Source: a virus. From it: a stretch of 64,000 nt of DNA. The notes beneath the pieces are model-generated. The model was not told the DNA's origin, did no database searches, and was given only the letters and a program-made list of their open reading frames with translations. The translations under genes were made by a program, and so were the position numbers. Location of the stretch: IMG/VR virus record IMGVR_UViG_3300032285_003360, positions 1 to 64,000 of that record, one strand, 5' to 3'. Below, one piece after another: positions 18,550 to 28,345 of this stretch; position 1 is the stretch's first letter, and the number at the start of each line of letters is the position of its first letter.

Positions 18550-19143
18550 TTATTTCTTTTTTGCGGCTTTCTTTGCAGCCTTTTTAACTGCGGTTTTTTT
18601 AGGTGTTGCTTTTTTAGCTACAGGGTCCAATGGGTCAGGTTTTCTATCTGATTCATCTTCTTCTAACACATATGAAATTGTTGAATCGTCGCCATCGGCG
18701 TCTGTATAATAGACTTCAATTTCTAATGATGCTGCGTTAGCCCATTCGTAATTACTATCACCAATTTCCATGATGTTATATAATTCACTATCATCCGGCA
18801 TATCATCTTCATCAGGTTGGCCGTCGTCCCAAGTTGTTTTATATTCAGGATTACCATTTCTTAATTCCCCTGGTCTTAAACCAAAGTCATCATCGGATAT
18901 TTTAGATAATACTTTTTCTTTTAATACCTCAATAACATCCCCAACAGTATATCCATCCCATTTATCGGCTTCAATGCTTCCATCGTTCCATCCAATGGTA
19001 TAGTCTTGCGAAAATTCAAATCCTTCATATTCACCAGAACCATAACCTACTTCATTACAACCATACTGTAAATTAGCGATTATCTTAACTTTTAAATCGG
19101 GGTTGAATTGTCTCAATTTCGTGATGAGCGTTCTATTTTTCAT
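18550..19143 (-). CDS. Acidic protein with histone-H1-like Lys/Ala tail
   Basis: Ends AKKATPKKTAVKKAAKKAAKKK. Confidence 0.8.
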   Translation of the reverse strand: MKNRTLITKLRQFNPDLKVKIIANLQYGCNEVGYGSGEYEGFEFSQDYTIGWNDGSIEADKWDGYTVGDVIEVLKEKVLSKISDDDFGLRPGELRNGNPEYKTTWDDGQPDEDDMPDDSELYNIMEIGDSNYEWANAASLEIEVYYTDADGDDSTISYVLEEDESDRKPDPLDPVAKKATPKKTAVKKAAKKAAKKK

Positions 19144-19153
19144 ATATTAAATT

Positions 19154-20170
19154 TTACATATTACTTGATGGTCTTAACGCCTCGTATAATGATTGACTGC
19201 GTGGCATTTCAACATTTGGTTCTTCTCTAACATCTTCATCTTCTTGTGAAACTAATGTCATTCTATGAACACCACTATCTTCCGCAATTTCTGATGGGCT
19301 ATCAGGTTCATCAGCTTCTTCGGCTATTGCTCTACCAATTGCGTTTGAAATTCTACCGGTGGTTTTCTTATTAGTTGGTTTATCTTTCTTAACTATTTTA
19401 TTTGATAAGATTTCATTTGACACCGCATCAACTGTGCATTCTTTAAAGATGACTTCTCTAATTTCATTGGTGATTTCGGCTTCCAATGAATCGATACGTG
19501 TATCTTTTTGATTCCACCATGAGAATTCAGGTTCGTGTTTATCTAAAGATTTAAACGCAGCAACTTTGTAACCATTCTCTTTGTTGATAACATATATCAA
19601 CACACCCTTCTTAGTGTATTTCGTATAATACTCTGAATTGTTTTCTTGGGTTGTGCACCACTTAGTATTTGAACCATATTTCTTTGATGCCTCATATGTT
19701 AAAGGTCTTAACACAAACCATGTATCATCAGAATGAACAACTTTAATTTGTTTTTCTAATTCTTTTTCTTGCGCTGCCATGTCTGCAATATTCTTTGCAT
19801 TGTGCAACTCTTCAAATGAATTGTAACGAGTAACATCGTTTTGTTTAATTAAACCTCTCTCATTGTATTCACCAAATTTATAAAACGAAATCAAATCATT
19901 TTGGTTGAATAAATTAATGATAAACTGATAAAAATAAATGATTGTTAAATCAGGTATGGTATCTAAGTCTTCCATACTAATGAAATCATAAGTTGTTGTA
20001 AGGTTTTCTTTAATTTCCTTGATGTGCTCTTTAAAGTTCTTTGACTTCTTCATCAAACGAAGCAACAACTCCGTATACTTTGATTTCTTTTCATAACTAA
20101 ACAACGATAACAATTCATACATGTTAATGTTGTTTTCTGGTGCTGTCCTAAGGTCGCGTGCTTTTGACAT
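19154..20170 (-). CDS. Conserved large-phage hypothetical protein
   Basis: P.TYEAS..YG..TKWCT motif. Confidence 0.8.
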   Translation of the reverse strand: MSKARDLRTAPENNINMYELLSLFSYEKKSKYTELLLRLMKKSKNFKEHIKEIKENLTTTYDFISMEDLDTIPDLTIIYFYQFIINLFNQNDLISFYKFGEYNERGLIKQNDVTRYNSFEELHNAKNIADMAAQEKELEKQIKVVHSDDTWFVLRPLTYEASKKYGSNTKWCTTQENNSEYYTKYTKKGVLIYVINKENGYKVAAFKSLDKHEPEFSWWNQKDTRIDSLEAEITNEIREVIFKECTVDAVSNEILSNKIVKKDKPTNKKTTGRISNAIGRAIAEEADEPDSPSEIAEDSGVHRMTLVSQEDEDVREEPNVEMPRSQSLYEALRPSSNM

Positions 20171-20240
20171 ATGTGTTGGTTTTTTTTATTAAATATACTT
20201 AACAAAACTAATAAAAAAAAATTATTCGTTAAGTTTTTTT

Positions 20241-21281
20241 TTAAATTAATGATACAAATTCCTCAAATTTATAATTGGTAAAATCATCTACGTAAGTTAT
20301 CTTAACATTTATAGGTGATTCTAACATATTGATTACCAATTCTTTTACTTCAGTTTCTCTTTCAGCCAATGATTCAGATATAATTTGCAATTCCAATTCA
20401 CTTAACGAATGTTGGATTGCCTTGAATCTTTTAATACCATACTTACCGAATTCTAATGAACCAATTAACGGCCATTTCTTATCGCCGTTTGGTAGTGTAA
20501 ACATGTTACGAACCCTACCGTATATTTTAGTGATGACTTGTGATTTTCTACCACAGTCACATTCGCCTAATTCAATATGATCTCCGTTCTTATATCTTTT
20601 AACATAAGGGTTGGTAAGTGTTGTTATAATCAAACCACCATCAGTATCAACTTCTACTATTTGATTATCCATAACATGATACACACCTTTGTTCTCAGGA
20701 CATTCTAACGCAATTACACCACACTCTTCACTTGAATATATTGTTCCGCCCAATTCGCTACTACCTTTCCATCCAATAAAATTACTAATCTTAGATGTGT
20801 CAAGTAATTTAAAAACAGTTGGGTAACAATTAATATAGTATGGATTTTTCTTTTCCAACCAAGTTTGCAATTCACTAATTGATTTTTGTCCATTGGTATA
20901 AACTATTCCTTGATTGGGTTCAATATTGTATGGTATACCCCAATCATTTAAAACTCCTTCGTTTATACCAGGTTTGATTATTGCAACAGTTTTGGTAACA
21001 TCCCAACCTCTCCATCTAAAATCCAATATATTGCAAGCGGCAAACCAAATAAAATCTTGATATGTTTTGGCTATTTCTAAAGGTTCACCGGTTGACCCTG
21101 ATGTTCTACTGCTATAAAAATGTTTCTCCATTTTCATATCACGCAAATCTTGTCTTGTTATGATTGGTGAATCTTCTAAATTAACATTACGAACTTTGCG
21201 TTCATTGAATTGATTACCCTCAACTTGTTTAAGGATATATTCAATGTCCGAATTGATTTTATCTTGCGTTAAAAGTTCCAT
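20241..21281 (-). CDS. Phenylacetate-CoA ligase/CapK-like adenylate-forming enzyme
   Basis: TSGSTGEP P-loop, YSSEECG, RYKNGD, GR. Confidence 0.85.
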   Translation of the reverse strand: MELLTQDKINSDIEYILKQVEGNQFNERKVRNVNLEDSPIITRQDLRDMKMEKHFYSSRTSGSTGEPLEIAKTYQDFIWFAACNILDFRWRGWDVTKTVAIIKPGINEGVLNDWGIPYNIEPNQGIVYTNGQKSISELQTWLEKKNPYYINCYPTVFKLLDTSKISNFIGWKGSSELGGTIYSSEECGVIALECPENKGVYHVMDNQIVEVDTDGGLIITTLTNPYVKRYKNGDHIELGECDCGRKSQVITKIYGRVRNMFTLPNGDKKWPLIGSLEFGKYGIKRFKAIQHSLSELELQIISESLAERETEVKELVINMLESPINVKITYVDDFTNYKFEEFVSLI

Positions 21282-21718
21282 ACGTAAAAATTATATGAAC
21301 CACAAGGAACAACTGTTGTTGGTTTTATTTCAAAGTCTTTTTCTAATGGAAAATAATCAGCTATTCTCATTATATCCAATTTTTTAATGAAGGTCCTTGC
21401 AATAAATACTTTGCAGTTTTTGCTCGCCATTTTTAAAATACCATCACATAACTCTTTGTTGAAACATAAGCCCCCATCGATTAATATGTTTACATAATAA
21501 TGTTGATTGTCCAACCAATCACCTTTAATTACGGTATCGGTATCCAACCACGGGTCAATATCCAATTGTCTATTACTAAGTGATATTAATTTTCTTGTGC
21601 AACCCAATAATAATGTCGTGCCATCCTTCATAAAATTCTTGTAAAGGATTACATCTAAGTCATTTGGTGCCAAAGGATGTGGTAAAAATTCAGCCCAATA
21701 TGTCTTATCGACTTTCAT
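21269..21718 (-). CDS. Hypothetical protein, possible degenerate Rossmann/methyltransferase fold
   Basis: TLLLGCT...LDID...GDW. Confidence 0.5.
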   Translation of the reverse strand: MKVDKTYWAEFLPHPLAPNDLDVILYKNFMKDGTTLLLGCTRKLISLSNRQLDIDPWLDTDTVIKGDWLDNQHYYVNILIDGGLCFNKELCDGILKMASKNCKVFIARTFIKKLDIMRIADYFPLEKDFEIKPTTVVPCGSYNFYVWNF

Positions 21719-21890
21719 TTAATTCTCTTTTAAAAATAAAGATATTATTGTTAACACAAACTAACTCCCAACCATCTTGACCCAACTGATTTAAATGGTC
21801 GTTGGTTGAAAGTGGTCTTGATACGTATTCAAATTTTTTTAAATTATTTTTTTCTTCTTCTGTGTTTTCTTTTTGTGCTTTTGATTTCAT
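21705..21890 (-). CDS. DUF4177-like small protein
   Basis: FEY...LNQLGQDGWELV...FKR. Confidence 0.75.
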   Translation of the reverse strand: MKSKAQKENTEEEKNNLKKFEYVSRPLSTNDHLNQLGQDGWELVCVNNNIFIFKRELNESR

Positions 21891-22407
21891 GTTTTGTTTT
21901 TTTATGTGTAGTTTGTTTTACTACTATTTGTTGTGGGTCATCGTTATCCAAATCTAATCTTGATATGATGTCTTTTAATTGTGAAGAATAACCGCTACCA
22001 ACCTCACTATAAACCTTATCAAGGTAATGGTAGTATTGTTCTCGTGTTGTTGGGACAATACTTTCTCTTGTTGATTGTTTTAGATAGTAATCAATAACTG
22101 ACATTCTCCAATTAGGATAATGACTATAACCATTAATCGTCGTGTCTGCGGTTGTTGCTCTACTAAAGACTTGTCTCATACCAAACAAATTATTGTTGAT
22201 TTGAAAATTCTTAGATTTGAACCAACCTGTTTCAAGAATCGCTTGCGCAACAATGATGTCTTTATGTTTAAAAGGTAAAGACCAAACCATCATCTTTAAA
22301 CTATCTACAGTCACACTGTCTTGATATGTTATTTGTTTTGGTGGTTCTTGTGTAGCATTGGCACACGATAATGGTGCGATTAAAAACAGTAATAATATTT
22401 TTTTCAT
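21844..22407 (-). CDS. Exported glucosaminidase (GH73-like)
   Basis: Signal/lipobox; AQAILETGW..S.....NNLFGM; YS....Y. Confidence 0.85.
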   Translation of the reverse strand: MKKILLLFLIAPLSCANATQEPPKQITYQDSVTVDSLKMMVWSLPFKHKDIIVAQAILETGWFKSKNFQINNNLFGMRQVFSRATTADTTINGYSHYPNWRMSVIDYYLKQSTRESIVPTTREQYYHYLDKVYSEVGSGYSSQLKDIISRLDLDNDDPQQIVVKQTTHKKTKHEIKSTKRKHRRRKK

Positions 22408-22416
22408 AGTTTAATT

Positions 22417-22725
22417 TTAATCTCCCGAATCAATAGTGTATCCATCGCCACAATACATACAAGTGTATTTGTAATAACATCTACCAATTGTCATTTCTTC
22501 GTAACGATGTTTACATGGTTCACCATCTTTATTTAATGGGACGATTCCTGTTGGGATTGATGATGCAAACATACCTTTTGGTATGCAGTTTTGACAATGA
22601 ATTGTTTGTGTTTCTGCATCATAAGATTTATTCCATCTTTTATGTGATTCAGCATTAACTGCATCGATTGGTTGTCTTAATGTTCCATTACATACTGGAC
22701 AAGTTCCTGTTGGTCTATTGCTCAT
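22417..22725 (-). CDS. Cys-rich (zinc-finger-like) protein
   Basis: CPVC, CQNC, C.H, CMYC. Confidence 0.7.
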   Translation of the reverse strand: MSNRPTGTCPVCNGTLRQPIDAVNAESHKRWNKSYDAETQTIHCQNCIPKGMFASSIPTGIVPLNKDGEPCKHRYEEMTIGRCYYKYTCMYCGDGYTIDSGD

Positions 22726-22916
22726 TTTTATTGTGTTTTAAAATTAAAAGATAAAAATAATTCAAACCCGATAACAATACGACAATACCTGCTAACGTAT
22801 TAATCCAAGGTTTAATAAATGGGTTTTGGGTTTTTAAAATGTCATAACCAACATAAGTTGTAGCTAACCCCGCAATGATTAAAAACACATTGCTTGACAT
22901 AATTTTTTCTAAACGA

Positions 22917-23372
22917 TTACTCATTGTGTATTTTTTTATTTAAATGTTCAATTATACCTTTCATAAAATCCATAACATATTTGTTTGGCTCTTTACCTGC
23001 TTCCATCTCGCTAATTTCTCTTTGGAATTTTTCGCTAACACGTTCAAAGTTTTGACTTTCCATATCTTTGAAAAACTCAACGATATCATCAGTTGGTTTG
23101 AATTCGAAATAAGCATAGGTTGAATCAAAATCATCATCGTAATTTGTAATGTAGTTTGGGTGTGATTCCATTTCAAAGAAGACATCTTCATATGCTTCTC
23201 TGTTACCGCCACCGCATCTTGTGTAAACAATGATTTTACCTGGTTGACCGCTTTCACCTTTTTCGTAATAAGCGTCTCTAAATCTACCAAAGTCTTCTGA
23301 AGTCTTGCCAAGCGAACCAAGGAGATATCCTGCTGCAGGATTCATCCCAAATAGTGTGTTGTATAAGCTCAT
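22917..23372 (-). CDS. Conserved phage hypothetical protein
   Basis: RFRD, YTRCGGGNR, DDDFDSTYA. Confidence 0.8.
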   Translation of the reverse strand: MSLYNTLFGMNPAAGYLLGSLGKTSEDFGRFRDAYYEKGESGQPGKIIVYTRCGGGNREAYEDVFFEMESHPNYITNYDDDFDSTYAYFEFKPTDDIVEFFKDMESQNFERVSEKFQREISEMEAGKEPNKYVMDFMKGIIEHLNKKIHNE

Positions 23373-23453
23373 ATTTGTTAATTGTGTTCCGTAAAACTAC
23401 AAAAAAATATTAATACAACCAAAAAATATTTCGAGAAATTTTAAAAAAAAATT

Positions 23454-23476
23454 AACCCCGCTTTATTGGCGGGGTT
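23454..23476 (-). terminator. Intrinsic terminator
   Basis: AACCCCGC-N7-GCGGGGTT hairpin followed by a T-run on the minus strand. Confidence 0.8.
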
Positions 23477-23482
23477 TCACAT

Positions 23483-23749
23483 TTACTTTTTTGCTAATAT
23501 ATGACCTGAATCTTGGTCAATCACATAAAATGTTCCGTCTTGACCGCGGCCAATGGTGTATCTTGGAGCACCATGACTTCGTGGTGCCATATCAGGTTCT
23601 TGTGTTGGTTCTTCGCCCCCATCAACGGGTTGTTCTTCTTCACCACCCATTTCATCTTGTTCGGTAAAGTCTTTATATTCGGTTGGTAATTGGTCGCCAT
23701 CATAGCTTTCCATCATTAAAACCAACTCAGCTTTAGTATACTTTTTCAT
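23483..23749 (-). CDS. Small acidic late protein
   Basis: TATTTATA upstream; terminator downstream. Confidence 0.7.
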   Translation of the reverse strand: MKKYTKAELVLMMESYDGDQLPTEYKDFTEQDEMGGEEEQPVDGGEEPTQEPDMAPRSHGAPRYTIGRGQDGTFYVIDQDSGHILAKK

Positions 23750-23777
23750 TTAATCCTTTTATTATAAATACCTGTTA

Positions 23778-23876
23778 TTAAGACTTTTTCCCAAACAATC
23801 CTTTTTTCTTTAATTGCTTACGAGAAGCCTTCTCAATCTTCTTGCGAGCAGCCTTTTTTTGTTCATTTTTTGTCAT
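23778..23876 (-). CDS. 32-aa highly basic peptide (not in ORF track)
   Basis: MTKNEQKKAARKKIEKASRKQLKKKGLFGKKS; TATTTATA 3 nt upstream. Confidence 0.65.
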   Translation of the reverse strand: MTKNEQKKAARKKIEKASRKQLKKKGLFGKKS

Positions 23877-24265
23877 GTTTATAAATACATAACAAAACAA
23901 TAAAGACTATTTGGAATCCTCAGATTTAAAGGTAATCTTAACCGCATCTTTTTCCAATTTGGTTAACCTATCTTCTAAATCCTGAATGGTTTCTGCGTAA
24001 TCACTAAGCTTATTGTTAATTATAAAAATATAAATAACACAAAAGATTACGGCTGGTGGAATTATCATTTCCATAAATTATGTTTTTGTTTTTCTTTATT
24101 TTTGGCTTGATATATTGGACGAGCTTCATCCAACATTTTTAAAAATTCTCTGTTTTCAAATTTGTCATTATCCCATAAAGTGGATACACCAAATTTGCGA
24201 GCCCATGCGTTAAACTCTTCAGTTTTTGTTCGAGGTGTAATTAAATTTGCCATGTTATTATTTGT

Positions 24266-24919
24266 TTATCCTATTACTCCTTTTAAATCGTCTAAGTGAT
24301 GATCATCAGCGCCAAGTTCGGAGCCGATTGGCCTCTTCTTCATGGCATTAATTAAATCTTTAAGGTCATATGGCACAAAACCAATGCTACCATCCAATCC
24401 TACGTCCATTCTACGCCCATTACCAAACTTTTTATTGTAAGGTAAGTGACAGTGACCATGAAGGTGAATACGTCCTTTACGAAGCCCATTCCATGAGTCT
24501 ATTGGATAATGCATAAGTTCTAATGTTTCACCCAAATAGTTTAATTGTAAGAACCATTGTGTTGACGCAAATAAACTTTGACAGTTATCACGATTATTTA
24601 GAATGTGATGGTCATGATTACCATATGTCAAATGTATTTCTTGACATATGATTCTATTGCGAAACTCTTGTATTTGTTCGAACCCGCCAAATGACCAATC
24701 ACCCAAATGAATTAATACATCGTCCTGACCAACATGTTCATTTATGTTGTTAACAATCGCCGCATTCATTTTACTTAATGTTTCATACGGTCGCGTTTGT
24801 TTTTCAGGTATGCTACCATCTGGCATTCTCCAATTAGTTACACCACGACATATATTCGTGTGGTTGTAATGTGTATCGGATGTTACCCAAACCTTCCTAT
24901 CGTTATCAATCTTTAACAT
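24266..24919 (-). CDS. Calcineurin-like metallophosphoesterase
   Basis: SDTH, HLGD, GNHD, H, HGHCH. Confidence 0.92.
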   Translation of the reverse strand: MLKIDNDRKVWVTSDTHYNHTNICRGVTNWRMPDGSIPEKQTRPYETLSKMNAAIVNNINEHVGQDDVLIHLGDWSFGGFEQIQEFRNRIICQEIHLTYGNHDHHILNNRDNCQSLFASTQWFLQLNYLGETLELMHYPIDSWNGLRKGRIHLHGHCHLPYNKKFGNGRRMDVGLDGSIGFVPYDLKDLINAMKKRPIGSELGADDHHLDDLKGVIG

Positions 24920-25649
24920 CTTCTAATTCTTTTTTATACTTACTTTTTACATAGTCCACCGCCTCTCTAAACATTTCAATGGTGCACCCTCTTTCTGAAT
25001 GTGGGTCAGAAAATCTTCTAATCATAACCTCATCATCAAATTTAGATTCAGTAATTAATTCAGTTGGATTGAACATCTCAACTTTACCATCTTTTATTCT
25101 ATATTCAACAACAGGAACGGCAATGACATCATCTTCACCAACTTCACTGTTTTGTAATTGACATGTCAATTCTAAGAATGGAAAGACTTCAGCAATTTGA
25201 ATCCAATCGTTATAAACCTCTTCAACTGACGGCCATTTACCAATGTTATAATTACTGGTTCCAATGTTACCATTCCAATCACACCAACCATGTGCACCAC
25301 CAATCCAAGATGAAACAACTTGACTATTTTGTAAATAGGATAAGTTTAACGACTTAATTTCAGATTGCTTTTGTTCTTTGTAACCCCAAATTGATTTGTA
25401 ATCATTCTCCTGAATATTTAATTTCTCCGCAATTGCTTTACTTTCCCCACCATATGATTTATCAGTAATTTCAATATCATAAAAATATTCATTCAATAAT
25501 TTATTAAATGAATGGTCATTAGATGAAAAATACAAATCATCTGTGCGAAGAATAATCTCCATAGCTTGTTCACGTGTTACCGGTTTACCAACAACCAAAA
25601 GTGCTGGCCACTTAGGTAAGTCTAATTCAAAAAATTCTTGTTTTGTCAT
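24906..25649 (-). CDS. Conserved phage hypothetical protein
   Basis: LPKWP, HGWCDWNG, NIGKWPS. Confidence 0.8.
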   Translation of the reverse strand: MTKQEFFELDLPKWPALLVVGKPVTREQAMEIILRTDDLYFSSNDHSFNKLLNEYFYDIEITDKSYGGESKAIAEKLNIQENDYKSIWGYKEQKQSEIKSLNLSYLQNSQVVSSWIGGAHGWCDWNGNIGTSNYNIGKWPSVEEVYNDWIQIAEVFPFLELTCQLQNSEVGEDDVIAVPVVEYRIKDGKVEMFNPTELITESKFDDEVMIRRFSDPHSERGCTIEMFREAVDYVKSKYKKELEDVKD

Positions 25650-26062
25650 TATTTAAAAAATTTAAAGTCCTTTAATTTGTTACCATACCCATTTTGTCTT
25701 CTCCATTCGGTTCTCACTTCATCGGGTGTAAGTGTCCTTTGTCTTGATATTGGTGGTGGAGGTGGAATTGTTCTACCATAATCTGGAATTGCATTTCTAT
25801 TAATCAATCCCATTGTTTGAAACCATCTTCTGTGTCTATCTCCTGTTTCTCTTTCCATTTCTTCCTTTCTTCTTCGTTTTTCTTCTTTTTGTTCATCCCA
25901 AAGAATTAATATTATTACACCACCAATTAATAATGCAACGAATACAGTGCCAATACTCAAGTTACCTTGTTTTCTATGCCAATTTATAATATATAATATT
26001 GACACAATCCAATAGATTGCAAATGATATTATGAAGAAATCTACTATATTATTGTTTGTCAT
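25649..26062 (-). CDS. Two-TM membrane protein with C-terminal FKF tag
   Basis: Start at 26062 behind TACTTTTG; two TMs; Pro-rich linker; ends KLKDFKFFK. Confidence 0.75.
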   Translation of the reverse strand: MTNNNIVDFFIISFAIYWIVSILYIINWHRKQGNLSIGTVFVALLIGGVIILILWDEQKEEKRRRKEEMERETGDRHRRWFQTMGLINRNAIPDYGRTIPPPPPISRQRTLTPDEVRTEWRRQNGYGNKLKDFKFFK

Positions 26063-26101
26063 GGTAACAAAAGTATAAAAATTATTTGGTAATAAAAAAA
26101 A

Positions 26102-26124
26102 ATCCCCCAATTTTTTTGGGGGAT
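26102..26124 (-). terminator. Intrinsic terminator
   Basis: ATCCCCCAA-N5-TTGGGGGAT plus T-run on the minus strand. Confidence 0.85.
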
Positions 26125-26174
26125 AGCGAAACACCAAGTGTGTCAGTCCATGGCTACTTACCAGGGAGAGGCTT

Positions 26175-27410
26175 TTAATTATTTAATTGTGTTAATGTGT
26201 TTTTAACCAATGATATTAATTCGTTTTCGTTCAAAGCTTCAGGTCTTTTCGTTACGTCTGTTTGTTGAACTCTAACTCTTTTAAGTAATTCTTCTCTTGG
26301 ATTGATTTCCAAAATTTGATTAGCTAAACTATCAAGTAAACTTTTTAAACCATCAGCAACAGGACCAACGTTCATTATATTCATTGTTTCAGGGTCAAAA
26401 TTAGGATAGTTAAATTCAACTGTGTTATGTGCCACGAATTCTTTATCCTTCTCAAATTTACCTGAGTTAACTCTCATTTCTTCTTTAAGTTTTTTACCAT
26501 ATGCTGTTGTGATTTTAGCACTCCAAACATATTGATAACCTGAATCTAATGTAGGCACAGTATGTGTTTGTTCTAATCTTCCTGTTATGTGTAATGTTGT
26601 TGAGAGAGCAACGTCTTTATCATCTGCTTCATAACCACGTTTAGCTAATGCATATACTGGTGTCAATGGGTCAGCTTTAAAATTAGAACCCATTTTTTCA
26701 GTTTTTCTTAGAGCGCTCCAGTTTGTACCAGGATTATATTGACGCGGCATGTGTGTTCTATAAATTTCAATTTCAGTGCCACCTTTCAACATTAATTGTT
26801 TAGCTGCTTTAGAAAAATCAAAAACGTTGTTGAAAAAATCGTAATCGTGTGATTCCCAATCTAATCTATGATTTGAAATCTCACTGTATTTGTCAACAGC
26901 AGCTTGATTTTCATATGTATTGATTGGTGACAATCCACACTTAGTTAAGTGTTCATTAACTCTATTTGTTAAAAATTCTTTTAAAATTGGGTTGAATTTT
27001 CTTAAGATTGCTTCTTTAACTGAAATTTTATTTCCCGATGAAACATATTGTGTTCCAACCTTCTTACTTCTTGGGTGATATTTTGTTTTATTACCTTCAT
27101 AAATTTTAAGGTTGCCGCCTGTCATTTCATTTAACTTATCTAACAATGCGGCGTTTTCATTAATGAACGCATCTAATTGAGCTCCATGTAATAAAACCAC
27201 ACCTTCGTCTTGACCAGGTATTTGTTGTAAATTTATAATCCAAGCGTCAGGAATATCTGTATCATTTCCTTCAGAGAAATATGGTTTATATTTTGAAGGT
27301 TTTAATTGACCTGTTGCAGTGCTGATTCTTGGGGCTTGAACACCTTTAGATTTGTGCGCCATCTCATCCATATCAAGTTGTTCCAATAAATCTTTTTTTG
27401 AAATTTTCAT
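26175..27410 (-). CDS. Putative late virion/head protein
   Basis: MKISKKDLLE...; C-terminal LNENELISLV; TATTTATA upstream. Confidence 0.7.
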   Translation of the reverse strand: MKISKKDLLEQLDMDEMAHKSKGVQAPRISTATGQLKPSKYKPYFSEGNDTDIPDAWIINLQQIPGQDEGVVLLHGAQLDAFINENAALLDKLNEMTGGNLKIYEGNKTKYHPRSKKVGTQYVSSGNKISVKEAILRKFNPILKEFLTNRVNEHLTKCGLSPINTYENQAAVDKYSEISNHRLDWESHDYDFFNNVFDFSKAAKQLMLKGGTEIEIYRTHMPRQYNPGTNWSALRKTEKMGSNFKADPLTPVYALAKRGYEADDKDVALSTTLHITGRLEQTHTVPTLDSGYQYVWSAKITTAYGKKLKEEMRVNSGKFEKDKEFVAHNTVEFNYPNFDPETMNIMNVGPVADGLKSLLDSLANQILEINPREELLKRVRVQQTDVTKRPEALNENELISLVKNTLTQLNN

Positions 27411-27445
27411 CTATTTACGTTTGTTACTATAAATATCCCAATATT

Positions 27446-27910
27446 TTATTTAAACCATTCTGGTGTTGGGGTATTTTTCCAAGTGCAGAAATCGCGCTTC
27501 TCCTTCATATAATAGTTTCTATAAGATAATATAGCGCTATTAGCGATTTTACACTCATCAGGCATAGCTAATGGTGGTTCTGTGAATGGTTCATCGGGAA
27601 TGTTAGGTCTATTGTCAGCACACCACGTTAAAACTTCAGAAGTTTTATGTATCTTACCATAACGACGAGTGTATTGGTGACATAGTTCTCTACCCAACAT
27701 ACATAACCACATGTAATTAGACATGGATTTTCTAACCCAAATGGCACATGGATGATTCTTGTGAGATAATCTATATGGCGCTTGTCCACCTGTAGCCCAA
27801 TGAGCACCACATAGAAGTTGTGCTGTTTCCAATATCATTTTAACAACATGTTTGTCATTATGATATTTTGCACATTTAACTACACTTTTATCTAAATAAA
27901 ATATGTTCAT
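27446..27910 (-). CDS. Pyrimidine-dimer DNA glycosylase/DenV-like protein
   Basis: MNIFYLD...HNDKHVVKMILETAQLL...H.NHPC..W...E...RYGK.H. Confidence 0.85.
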   Translation of the reverse strand: MNIFYLDKSVVKCAKYHNDKHVVKMILETAQLLCGAHWATGGQAPYRLSHKNHPCAIWVRKSMSNYMWLCMLGRELCHQYTRRYGKIHKTSEVLTWCADNRPNIPDEPFTEPPLAMPDECKIANSAILSYRNYYMKEKRDFCTWKNTPTPEWFK

Positions 27911-28278
27911 TATTGTTTCATTTCTGTTGCTAAAACACAACTGATGTGGTCAGTTCCTGCTAAATGGTCATAGTCTACTCTTGAAGTGTCTTCACCACAA
28001 TATTGACAAACCCATTGGTTTTCTATTTGTGGTTCTTTATCACCATATTCCGAATAGTAATATTGACGAACTCTTTCGCCAAGCTCATAATTATTTGGAT
28101 ATGTTTTAATGAAATTTTTTGGGATTATAATCATATCCCTACTTGATTCGTTGCTTCTGTTGTAACATGAAACGCATAATTGTCCTGCGCCTTCCACATA
28201 ACAAGTTCTAAAATCAACGTGTGTTGTCATATCTTCATGTGTTTCTTTACCACATGAAATACATGTTTCCTTTGCCAT
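27910..28278 (-). CDS. Cys-rich hypothetical protein
   Basis: MAKETCISC...YVEGAGQLC..C. Confidence 0.7.
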   Translation of the reverse strand: MAKETCISCGKETHEDMTTHVDFRTCYVEGAGQLCVSCYNRSNESSRDMIIIPKNFIKTYPNNYELGERVRQYYYSEYGDKEPQIENQWVCQYCGEDTSRVDYDHLAGTDHISCVLATEMKQ

Positions 28279-28345
28279 AATAATGTGTTTTAATGAGTGT
28301 AATTTACACAAAATTTGCAATAAAACAAATAATTTTAGGATTTTT

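Noticed and set aside
26125-26145. Plus-strand CGAAACAC...GTGTC resembles hammerhead stem III
   Set aside because: No CUGANGA core nearby on that strand.
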